Assembly: GCA_043228905.1 (NCBI GenBank) | Contig: JBHGNT010000003.1 | Coordinates: 15,748,001-15,812,000 of the forward strand | Origin: Azolla caroliniana | Taxonomy: Eukaryota; Plantae; Polypodiophyta | Length of the DNA: 64,000 bases | Direction of reading: 5' to 3' | Shown here: in pieces, positions 36,272 through 48,411 of the stretch | How the letters are laid out: each line of letters opens with the position of its first letter | Numbering within the stretch: position 1 is the stretch's first letter | The notes under the pieces: generated by a model | What the model saw: the letters and a program-made list of their open reading frames with translations, nothing else | Databases searched by the model: none | What the model was told of the DNA's origin: nothing | Made by a program: the position numbers and the translations under genes

Positions 36272-39200
36272 TGTCGTGAAGATTTTTGGCCATAAGTGTT
36301 ATGGGCATGACCATATAATATCCCGTGGTGAGAATTTACCGTAGTATTCTATACATGTGGATAAGTGTGAGGGTTAAACGAGAGTGTAGAGAAGGGGATG
36401 ATTACTTTTAAATCCTCGGGATTGAGACAAACCATTAGGCCAAGTGTGAACTTGCTTAGGGGCCTTGGGTATCGCTATAAATAAGAGGCCTAGCTACCCT
36501 CATTTGAGGATCTTTTGACTACATCGAGACTCTGCTCGTGTGGTGGGTCAACTCTTGTAGCGAGCGCGCCAGCACCAGGTACGACTCGATGCCACGGCGG
36601 TGGTATGGGACGCCGATTGAGGCTCGAGTCCGTCTCGATCCCTTCGCACGGGGGTGGTCGGGTGGATCGGCACCCTTCTTTCTCTCTCTCCTTTCTTTCT
36701 ATCTACCTAGATCTATCTTTATCTAATGCTTACTTTAGTACATGTCTCTAATATTTGGTATCCTTCCTATGTACTAATATTTCTTTTGTTGGTCTTATCT
36801 TCTCGATGGATGGCGATCGATCGTTGTGCGGTTGGCCTTCATGCAGACAAGGATCAACAAGGAACTTCGGTAATCTTTCTTGTTATTTTTTGTCTAATTT
36901 TCTTCTCCCATCTAATCATGTGTATGGTTAATATGTAGATTATTTTCATTAATCAAATGATGTTGTAGTGGTATTTAATTGGTTATCTAAAACGTTTACA
37001 TATGTGCACGAGGTCAATACCTTGTTTGACATATAAATAATATGTGATGAGTGTGTATGTGTATGAGGTTAATACCTCAATTACGTATTACGTTCACGAA
37101 CATATGTTACGTTTGCGTATGAGGTCAACACCTCGATTTTGTTGTAAATGATATGCGTTTGGTCTCGTATGCGTAAGAGGTCAATACCTCAATTGAGTAT
37201 TACGTTGAACCCTTATTTTTGGATGTCTCGTGTGCGTAGAGGTATATGCCTCGATTACGTCATTTTTGGCTATTAAATATAACGATTTCTTTAATATAGG
37301 CATATGTGGTCACGTGTATACGTAGTTGATCGTATATATGTGATAATATACATATGTGTATATAAGTTATTACGTGATTTTAAATCAAATGTTTTCCTTT
37401 TCGGGGAAAGGTTCTTGGTGGCCGTCCTCACATTTTTGTGAGAATCGTGTTGTCACCATCCCTTTTTTCAACAATTTTTTATTGTTGAAATCCCCGTTGG
37501 TGACTTCGATATTTCGTTATGTAAAGAAATGCTATAGCCATAATGATTTTGAGTACGTAGGGCTTGACCTACTTCATGTGAGGTCGCTCTTATGACACAC
37601 GTATCCAACATCCCTCCCTCATTACATGGATATGATGCCACCATGAGATCATTCTTACGAGAGGCATTCGTAATGACGTGACCATGTGATGGGCCACGTG
37701 GGCCTACTACGAAAAGAGGGCTCATTTGGCTTGACCATTGGGTTGCACTTTGGTTTATGCCATCGTAATTACGAGACTTGAGGTTAGGTAACCTACCAAC
37801 ATAGTTGTAGTAAATGAGGGCGAAATAAGGACTCTTGACATATATGTTTCTTTTAAAAAAACTGCTCAACAGATGACCGAACTTCGGCAATCTCAAAGTG
37901 CTCTCGAGGCACGTGTCATTAGTCTACAACGTGAGACTAATAGACTTGATGAGCGATAGGGTGAACCATCGTTGGTCATTAAGCCATTTATGGGAGACAA
38001 AAAGGAAAGAACCGAAGAAGCAATCTACACGTGGCTGGGCCGATGGGAGTCTCATTTTGAGCTCTATCCCACGCCAGATAGTAAGAAGATTGCATATGTT
38101 GTCCGAGAACTAGGGGGTAAGGCCGTTGCCTGGTGGCGTGGGCTTCGTACGTTGGGGAAATTGCCCGATACCTGGACAACTTTTGTCACAGTTTTCAAGG
38201 GCCAATTTCTACAACCTCCCTCTCGAACCAAGGCAGCACAAGCTTTAATGAACCTCTCTAGTCGGAAATTTTCCTCGCTAGAAGATTATGTTCACCATGC
38301 TAGAACCCAAATCCAAAAGTCGGGTCTAGAAGGGGACAATTGGTTAATAGCTTGTTTTGTCAATGGCATCCCCAATTCGGACTATCACTAGATAGTGCAC
38401 GATAAGGATCCAAAATCCTTCGAAGAGGCAGTTGAAATAGTTCTTCGCTATCAACGCACTTCGAAGAAGGACCACAACAAACCCAACGAAGCGCCCGGGA
38501 CTAAGCAGTCGCAATTCGCTGGGAAACGCAAGACACCCAACGAATTCATGGATCGCGATTGTAAGCGACAACATCCTTTTTGCGTATTCTGCAAAAAGAA
38601 GGGTCATACAAAAGAGCAATGTTGAAAGCTCCAACGGAAAGAGCACGACAACAAAGCTAAAGCTGCAAACCATAAAGGTCAGATTCCTAATGTCCTTTAG
38701 GTCTATACACATCATTTAAGTAATTGTCAATGTTCTTTCCCTCACTATGTATTGGGTCCCAACGATTTACTACGTGCAAACGGGTATATCAATGGATCTC
38801 CCGTACAATTTTTATTTGATTCGGGAAGCTCACACAATTTTGTGAATGATCGTTTGGTTCAGATATGGGGAATCCAACCCACCGTAAGTGATCACACCTA
38901 GATGGTGCACTTCGCTGATGGAAGAGTACAATACATCAATGGGGCGATTCATTCATTAGGAATTTCTATCGATACTTATATAGAGGAAGTAGACTTCCAT
39001 GTAATGAATCTTTGTACCACCGATGTAATACTGGGTTATCCCTGGTTCTATAATAAAAGCTCTTCTTTATCTATTGATTGGGTTCATCATTCAATTACAT
39101 TTGTATTGAACGACTGTACTCATTTTATTCAATGTGTAAAAAAACAATCCCTCTCGATTGTTTCCTCGTGTTAATCAATATCCGAGTTGTCTTGGTGACC

Positions 39201-40000
39201 ATATAATATCCCGTGGTGAGAATTTACTGTAGTATTCTATACACGTGGATAAGTGTGAGGGTTAAACGAGAGTGTAGAGAAGGGGAGGATTACTTTTAAA
39301 TCCTCGGGATTGAGACAACCCATTAGGCCAAGTGTGAACTTACCTGGGGGCCTTGGGTATCGCTATAAATAAGAGGCCTAGCTACCCTCATTGGACTATC
39401 TTGTTGACTACGTCGAGAATCTGTCTTGTGGTGGTTCAACTCTTGTAGCGAGCATGCCAGCACCAGGTACAACTCGACCACGGCGGTGGTATGGGACGCC
39501 GATCGAGGCTCGAGTCCGTCTCGATCCCTTCGCTCGGGGGTGGTCGGGTGGATCAACACCCTTCTTTCTCTCTCTCCTTTCTTTCTATCTACCTAAATCT
39601 ATCCTTATCTAATGCTTACTTTAGTACATGTCTCTAATAATAAGGGGAAAAGTGATTTGGACGTGCGTGAATGGGGGCGTGCAAGGGTGCACGTGAACGA
39701 GTCTTATGTATATAATTAAAACAATTGTGAATATTGAGAACTGATTAGTACTAGGTAGAGTGCCTTAATAAGTACTTTATGATCACATGTATAGAGGTAA
39801 TAAGGGGTTGATGGGAGAAAATTGAGGGAGATCTCTGACAAAAATTGGTTGTCTTTATGCATGATGTAACAACCTTCCCTTGCACTATAAAAGGGGAGGT
39901 TTTGAACTATTGGCGGGGGATCCACTATTGGGAGAACGAAATGTTGTCGGATCGTGCTTTGCAGGCTTCCTTCCTATTCTTTGTTTTCTAGTTTCCTGTT
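36272..40000 (+). mobile_element. Element K: partial LTR of the TGTCG gypsy lineage (36272-36296 + 39645-40000), split by J and cut by L
   Basis: Starts TGTCGTGAAGATTTTTGGC, nearly the same as F's U3 end. Resumes after J's TSD and contains CTATAAAAG. Confidence 0.65.
36297..39639 (+). mobile_element. Element J: Ty3/gypsy derivative with gag and protease only
   Basis: LTRs 36297-36753 and 39196-39639; the 3' LTR lacks its first ~11 bp and the PPT. TSD ATAAG. PBS-like TGGTATCC at 36756. Gag 37972-38650 with CVFCKKKGHTKEQC; protease FLFDSGSSHNFV...DVILGYPW. No RT or INT. Confidence 0.88.
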
Positions 40001-43000
40001 TGTTGGGAATTCGGTCCCTCCGGATGGGATCCGGATGAGAATTGGACGAGCCGAAGGTAGAAACCAGATCGAAGAACATATCTGTAAATATGTTCCTAGT
40101 GTGCCTATCATGGCCATATTTGTAAATAGTCCTAAAGTCATATAAGTAAAAGTATGACTTAGGGCAATCACTTATGATAACAATGTGAGTAGAGATATTG
40201 TTGTATAGACACACACAGAGAGAGTGTGTGAGATACAGAAAGCTTTTTAGTTGTAACTGCCGGTTGGCGATGACATAGAGCTCGAGGTCGTTGCCTCCGA
40301 GTTTCATTCCATTGTACCCCTCTCTATAGTGATTCTGTTCGGAGTATGTGGGCTCCCGTGGATTTTTTTCCCGATTAGGGTTTTCCACGAAAACATATGT
40401 TGTTGTCTCATTCTGCGTAAGTGCACTAATTGTCTTATTCCTATTTTCTTATTTCTCCTTCCATTGTGAGTTTAAGACTCGGTTGTGGCTGAGCACTATT
40501 TCCTCAAAATATGGTATTAGATCGAACAACAAAAGGAAGAATCATTCGGAAGGATGTTCAAGCTCACCGGCTCCAACTATTGAGTGTGGAAGTCGAAGAT
40601 GAGAGACATGCTCGTGGTCAAAGATCTTTGGCTGCCGGTACAGTTCGGGGACAAGAAACCGGACAAGATTGATGCCACAACGTGGGAGGTGATGCATATT
40701 GTAAAAGAATATGTGTGCGGAAGCGCATGCATAAGACACAGGAAACGAAACTATATTAAAAAATAATTCTTTGTATATTCTCTATTTTACACTTCATGCT
40801 CAGTGAGCACCTTTTATACAAGCCCTGACTATTGGGATGACACAAGTACTGACAGTACTTGACTGCTCATAAATAAGCATCCTACACTTACTCCCAAAAT
40901 TTTTCCTTACGAGGAATAACGTTCTAACGGCCTCTCAATTTACGCACCGTTACGGCCATGTTGTGCGTATCATTTTACGCACCCAATGTTGAGCTTGTCT
41001 CTCAACACTCCCCCTCAAGCTCAACTTGAGCTTCCATGTGCTCCTCCGGATCTTCGCTCCGGCTTCTCCTGGCTTCACGCCTCGCTCGCGCTCCTTGACC
41101 CGTCCGATTCCGCGCGCCTCGACCCTTTCGGTCAGCTTGTCTACTCATGTGGCCCTTCTCAACTCCCTTGTTGTCGCGGTGTTGGTGCCTCTTTTGCTGC
41201 CCTTTTCTCCGCTTGGCCCTCAGTCGATTCGTAATGTCCGAATCGAACATTTCAATTGAATCGGTCACTTCTGATCCAATTCCGCTTACATCTGAATTGG
41301 CTATCTCCAATTCGTCTTCTATCTTTAGGCCCTTGACAACATCAGACCACGTCTTGGTCTTGGCCTTTACGCCCTTATTGGCTGTATCTCCCCCTTGTCT
41401 GGCTATCTTCGGTTCTTTCTTGCGATTACGACACTTGCTCACTTCTTCAGCTTCTTCAGCTGGCCCGAAATCGAATTCTTCATCCGTCTCGGCCTCACGG
41501 TCATTACCACTCCTTTCACGCTATTGTTCCTATCTCCCCCTCAAGTTCGGCGTGTCGAGGTGACCAATCCCAGCTCACCTGAGAAATGCTGCAACTTGTC
41601 GAAACCAAGGGGCTTGGTGAAGATGTTGGCAATCTATCGACCTGTTGAAACAATTGCTAGTTCGACTTCACCGGAAAGGACACGCTCACGGAAAAAATGA
41701 TAGTGCACCTCAAAGTGTTCAGCTGTGGGCTGCGACATAAATTGACTAATCAAGCCAAACAGGTAACTGAGATCCGGTCGAGTGATCGTCAAGAAGATTA
41801 GGCTTCCGACAATCTGTCAGAACCGTGTCGGGTTGCACGCCTTTCTTGTATTTCGAAGAAGCTTTACGTTTCTCTGGAAAGGGGTCGAGATGGGCTTACA
41901 ATCTACCATCCCGAACTTGAAGAGCATATTCAACGCATAGTGACGTTGGCTGATCAATATGCCTTCGGGGGTGCGGATTACTTCGATCTCGAGGAAGTAA
42001 TGAAGGTTGCTAAGATCCATCATGTCGAATGATGCCGCAACTGAGACTTTACGCGGCCGATTTCTTCCAGGTCGGCACCGGCGATGACTAAATCATCAAC
42101 ATAAAGTAATAGACAAACCATTCCATGTTGACCTTACCGAACGAACAACGAAGAGTTCGATCTGGATGTCGTAAACCCCATTCTACGCAACTATTTCGTA
42201 ATCTTTGCGTTCCAAGCTAGCAGGGCTTGTTTAAGTCCATATAACGCCTTCTTCAATCGACAAACTACTGAAGTGTTCTGTTCGGATAGAAATCCGGGGG
42301 GCTATACCATGTACACTTGTTCCTCAAGATCGCCTTGTAGGAACACATTTTTTACATCCATCTGATGTAAGTACCACCCCTTCACCGCTGCTACGGCTAG
42401 CAAAACCCCTTCACTGCTACTACGGTGGTCATCTTCGCGACCGGCGTGAACATCTCATCGTAATCTACGCTGTGCTTCTGCGTGTAGCCTTTCGCCACTA
42501 ATCGGGCCTTGTAGCGGTTCAGAGCCGTCAGTGTTGTACTTGACCTTATACACCCATCTGCATCCGATAGGCTTCATACCCTGCATCAACCAGGTCCCAA
42601 GTCTCGTTGTCCGATAACGCGCGCATCTCTTCTTCCATCGTTGCACGCCAGTTTGCGTCTTCCAACGCTTCCGCGTAGCTCTCTAGCTCACGCACTTCCG
42701 CCACTCGTGTCATGTATGCGTAATGGTGTGCCATGTATTCATTGTACCCGTATCTTTTTACGAGGTTCTTCAAGCAGGTAGATCGGCGTAACTCGTGATT
42801 ACCCGATTTCACGACCTTTTTGGCCGATTTCGACCTCTTCCACGGCGGTTCCTTCTCGATTGGCCTGAAGTCAGATTCACTCTGATCTGACTCAGCACTG
42901 CCGAAATTGTATTCCGACATTTTCTTCTTCCCTTTTTCTTTACCCGTAAATTGTCTCCTCGGTTCTTTACATGGGGAGAACACGGCTAAATCTCCACTAC

Positions 43001-45260
43001 TCGCCGACTCTTCATTTGGTTGGCCATCTCGGTCCAACCCCTCATTCAGCAACATAGCCGAAATGAGATCGGACTCTCTGTTAGAGCTCCGATCTCCTCA
43101 TCACGTAGAGGCAGCTCGGCCTCGCTGACCTCTTCTTTAGAATTCGGAATGGAGTCATGAGGTATTCGAGGTGAAGGTAAGTACCAAGAATCGGACTCGT
43201 CGAACACGACATCTCGGCTTACGCGAACTTCCTTTGTTCGGTGGTTATAGCACTTATACCCCTTCTGCTCGTCTAAAAGGTGACCAAGATACACTTCTCG
43301 GCTTTGTCATCCAACTTCCTCCTCTTCTCCTTTGGCACATGCACATATGCAATCCTGCCAAAAATCCTCAAGTGTGCCAAGTTCAGCTTCTTTCCGAAAT
43401 ACAACTCGTGTGGCGACACTCCTCCATTAGCAGAGGTTTGATTATGCAAGTAAACAATTGTCCTTACAGCTTAAGCCCAGTAAAATTTTGACATATGCTT
43501 CTCTTCAAGCATTGCCCTAGCAGTTTCTTCGATCGTTCGATTCTTCCGCTCGGCCATGCCGTTCTGTTGTGGCGTGTATCTACACAAGAATTCACGGCGA
43601 ATCCTTTCCTTCTATAGATAACTTGTGAATTGGTCGGAGAAGTACTCCTTCCCGCCATCGGACCATAGGCACTTGATCTTACACCTAGTTTCCCTTTCCA
43701 CAAGGCTCTTCACCTTCAAGAACCACGTGAAGACTTTGCTCTTTTTCGCGATCAAGCATGCCCAGGTCTGCTGAGTGAAGTCATCGATGAAGGTTATGAA
43801 GTAATGGCTTCCACCGAGACTCAAGTTTTGTGTCGATCCCCACACATCCGAATGGATCAAATCCAGCGGATTTTGACTATAATTACAGTCATTTGGGAAT
43901 GGAAGTCGGTGTTGCTTCCCTAGTTTGCAGGCTTCGCAGACTTGGCCATTACAACCCCGAAATTGCGGCAATCTGAAAAGAATATTCTTTGTCTGCATTT
44001 CACGAAGCCGTGGGAAATTAACGTGGCTGAACCGCTTGTGCCACGGGTCGATGTCTAACTCGACCTTCTGTCTTTTTGCGAACAGCATGGTTCCGGCTTG
44101 ATTGGTGTCGAGGATAAACATCCTCCCTTCATGACACCCTTGCGCGATAAGTTGACCTTCCTCTTCCATGTAGCACACAAGGTGCATGAATCGAACTTGC
44201 AACCCCTGATCGACGATCTGTCCGACCGACACCAGGTTCTTGGTTATTGTCGGGACATGCAACACGTTCATGAGTTTCCCTTTCTGCCCGACGTGGCTAA
44301 GGGGAACTTTGTCGACATGTTCGATGGTATGCGGAGTTTCGTCTCCCGTTTCAATGACTCCTTGTTTTTCCAGTTTCTTCAAGAACGAGAACCATTCCTT
44401 GTGACTCATCATATGATTCGACACTCCAGAATCAACATACCACACCTCGCTCGATTTCGAGGTGTTCACGGCCATCGAATCGGCCTTGTGCTTCATTACG
44501 AAGGCTGGGCCTGATCCATTTCCGGCTCATTCGGAGCCTTCCACGTAGTGCAACCTTTGACGCCTCTATCTTTATCGCAAGCTTTTCTGTCAACTACAGA
44601 GGAGTCTCAACCCTCGTACTCTAATACCATGTAAAAGAATATGTGTGCGGAAGCGTATTCGTAAGACATAGAGTACACAATTCAGAAGTATGACAGTTCG
44701 GTAAAATCACAGAGAAGGAGAGACAGAGACAGAGACAGAGTAAAAATAATTCTCTGTATATTCTCTATTTTACACTTCGTGCTCAATGAGCACCTTTTAT
44801 ACAAGCCTTGACTATTGGGCTGACACAAGTACTGACAATACTTGACTGCTCATAAATAAGCATCCTACACTTACTCCCAAAATTATTCCTTACAAGGAAT
44901 AACGTTCTAACGGCCTCTCGGTTTACGCACCATTACGGTCATGTTGTGCGTATAGTTTTATGCACCCAATGTTGAGCTTGTCTCTCAACACATATGAAGA
45001 CGACAACATACTTTCGGTGCTTCATCGACATGAGCCTGTACAACAACTTCAACGAAGAAAACAAGGCAAATGAGTTATGGGAGAAGATAGACATCATGTT
45101 TGAGAACAAGAATGTCGGTTTCGGTATTGTGGAAGTTAGTGAGACTCCGGTACCAAGACGGATCTAGCATGGCGGAGCACATGAATGATTTCCAGGGGCT
45201 CATAAACCAAACAACCTCGTTGGTAGTACCTCTTGCCGACGAGGTACTCACATTCACGCC
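40001..45260 (+). mobile_element. Element L: 5' part of an A-type copia (LTR ~40001-40509, gag split by M)
   Basis: LTR start TGTTGGGAATTCGGTCCCTCC; degenerate PBS TGGTATTAGA; gag MFKLTGSNY..MRDMLVVKDLWLPVQFGDK, nearly identical to A; resumes at 44991. Confidence 0.85.
40700..44990 (-). mobile_element. Element M: Ty1/copia lacking gag, with decayed PR-INT-RT-RH
   Basis: LTRs 40700-41007 and 44630-44990; TSD CATAT; PBS TGGTATTAGAG; PPT 41008-41017; WYVDSGVSNH, IHSDVWG, RT/RH fragments. Confidence 0.92.
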
Positions 45261-46019
45261 ATGCTGGTCAAACAACGACAGAAGCTCAACTGGAAGGTCT
45301 GTTGAGCGTGCAAGCTCAACCAGATCCGGATCGGCTGGATAAGTCAGAGCCGGATCGTAGCCGGGTTGGTGTCCGAATGGTATCCGGAACCAAGAGCCAG
45401 ATCAGAGAGCCGGACCCACGTGTGTACCGGGAGGCCGTTTAGAGGTCTACGCTTCTAAACTACTAGGTAGTCATGGTCCTCGTAGTTAGTGTCAGTCGCT
45501 CATATGAGCATTGAAGTACTCGTCAGTCATGCTCATACTAAAGAACAACAGTCCCATGTACAAAGTGTTATAGACTATTATTATTTTAATAGATTTTATG
45601 CTTTTCTGCTCTCTCTCTGTCTCTCCTGTGTATTCTCTGTTCCTACGCTTCCATTAAACCTTTATTCTCTGTTTTTTGTAACTCTCCGGATAAACCAGTT
45701 TGGCAAAGCTTCCGCATAGTAACTTTAACATGGTATCAGAGCGCGAGGGTTGGGAACCTCTACTGCCGACAACAACTGGAAATGGACAACCCCTAATTAT
45801 TGGTAAAAGAATAGACCGAAAAGAGAAGGTATGGACAAAAGCATGGGGAGCTCGCTTCCGGGGGAAAAGCTCAACTGGAGCAACTATGTGTCCTGGTCCT
45901 ATAAAATGCACTAGTACCTGCTGAGGCATGGATACTGGAGCTACGTGGAAGGAGTGAATGAAGCAGCGCCAGATTCGGCACACAAGGACTTCCCGGTTTG
46001 GGAGCAAGGAGCGAGCAAG

Positions 46020-46514
46020 TGTTGGCCGGCAAGACCAAAGGGCCGGTTAGAGTCCAGAATGTGAAAGGGGTATTTAATTAAGGATAGGGAATTGTTATTG
46101 ATAAATATTATGTTATTTTGAGAAGATAAATATTATGTTATTTCGAGAAGAGGGCGGATGGACCAAAATCGGTATGCCGATTCGAATCTGGATCGGATCG
46201 TTGCCGGTTGCCGGTTGGCACTGGTTTGTAACTCAACCGGAGACCTATAAAAGGACCCGACAAGAATGTAATCAGAGATGGATAATTAATAGAAGCGTTG
46301 TTGTTTTAAGTATTGTTTAGTGTCTATTTGGTTACCATCCTATGCTTAATATCATTAATCTTATGCATGTGTTACGATCATTAACAGTGTCGATTAGTAA
46401 CCGATTAAGACCCATTTGATACCACGGTCCATCCATATCTCACCGTACCACCCTTTGGTGAAGTGTTCCATAGGGACACCCTGTGTTAGGGCTTCTCCAA
46501 CCTAAAGGATAACA
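46020..46514. mobile_element. 495-bp solo LTR inside the gag of G
   Basis: TG...CA ends. Flanks GCAAG/GTAGG both derive from GCAGG by one transition. Removal restores gag ASRVLYC. Confidence 0.8.
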
Positions 46515-48411
46515 GTAGGGTCTTGTACTGCCTCGCGTCCTATGTGCACAACCAGATGCTTGTCTACATGAGAGACGCAAAGTCACCAAAGGGGGCCTGG
46601 TTAAATCTCTAGAAGATTTTCGCCGCCAGTACCACAACCCGTAAATTGCAACTCCGACAAGAGCTCAACAACATCTGGTAGAGAGATATGTTGGTTACGG
46701 AGTACACCACCAAGATAAAGGAGATCTATGACACGCTCGGTTCCATCGAAGTGACGGTGGACGAGGACGAGATGGTCGAGATCTGCCTCAGTGGTCTAGC
46801 ACAACGGTACGGGCCAATCCGGATGGAAATTTGCACTCGAGAGAAACCATTGTCCTTCTTCGACCTGCAGTCGATGCTAATGGTCAAAGAAAACCACGTG
46901 AGTGGGTCGAGGACCACTCAATCGGACAGCTAGATGTTGTACACGGAGGCAGATCGGCACACAATGCAGGCGGCCGGCAAGAGCAAAATCGGAGGCGCAA
47001 TGATGGTGTCGACATTAGTTCCGGACCCTCCACAAGCAGGGGGAGTCAAGGCGGTGCCAGGAGCAGGCAAGAGAAGACTGCAACGGTGTCGTGTTATTAC
47101 ACGTGCGTGTGTTAAATAAGGCGGAACCGTGGGGGCCCTAAACCGAGGAGCACGAGAGAAAAGAGGAAGTGAGGAGTGCGACAGTGCGAGGGCCGCTAGA
47201 CCTATCAGCAACCGGCGACACTTGCCGGCTGATTGGACCTCCAACGCGTCTATCAACTCAACCAAAGAGCACACTCGAGAGAGATGAAAGAAGAGACTCC
47301 CTGAACACAGATAACACGGATTGGCGGAAACAAGAGATTCTATTACAATAACAGTGGTAATTACAACGGTTGCAACCCCGCAGAGAATGATGACAGAGGA
47401 AGAGATAGTTCGGTTCCCAATCCGACAACACCTCCTCCTTCCCTCCCCCAAAAGGTAATAATCTTCTCCTTTTCCCCTTCCCTTTTATAGGTCGCCGAGG
47501 AGGCCGTTACATCAAAACACGTCAACATTATTCTTTGTCCTTTCGGACAGAGATACGCATCGATTTCCTAATTAATAAATATGTCACACCTAGTACATTT
47601 ACATCAGCCGTCCTATTCCTAGTTATGTATAATGTATCAATTCACGCACACTCGTGCAAGGGCGGGTTCACGCCTTTAATTCCTTGATTCCTCTTCGGGC
47701 CAGTTTTCTTCATGACATCCACCCCCACCAAACTGTGCATCCACCGGTATGCGCCAGACACTAACAATCGTCGGAGAAGATTGGCCCGTAATCATCTGTC
47801 ACTTCCCGAATCCTCTTCTACTCTGAACCGGTCGTCGTCGTCAGTCACGCTTCCCGGATCTGACTCGTCCTCATGCCGCTTCTTGAACGCCTTGACCCGT
47901 TTCTCGGCTACTGGCACAGTGTCGAGGTATTCCTCGCGGATGCGTGGAATGAGGCGGGACCTCGGGGGTCTTGTACCGAAGAGCAAGAGAGAAAGGAGAA
48001 GGGAGCCCACTACGTGCGAGCGTGGATTTACAGGGAGACGGCCAGAAAGAAAGGAGCAGGTTGGAGGTGCTGCCGGAAGCACTCGGGCATTCCTTAGAGC
48101 AGCGCGAGCCTCCCGAAACCTGCACAGAAAGAAGCTATGGAGTTTGCGAGCCAGAGAGAGAGAGAGAAGCCTTCGCCCACAAACCGACAACACTTCGTCC
48201 TTGACTCTCTGCGATCCCTTTTCCCCTCCTCGTCTCCCTCCTTTTATAGGCACGGAAGGAGCCGTTTCCCCTTTACTTCCTACCTACCGAATCTGCCTGC
48301 CTAGGATCTCCTGTGTACAACATAAGGCGCACGTGCATGAAGAGCCGGTTCCTACGCTCTGGTGCACCGATTGCGCTTGTGGACGGTTTTCTTCACGACA
48401 TCCGCCCCCAC

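Noticed and set aside
41002-41442. env-like gene in element M
   Set aside because: The peptide is highly charged with no signal or transmembrane segment, and is better read as a Pol tail or spacer.
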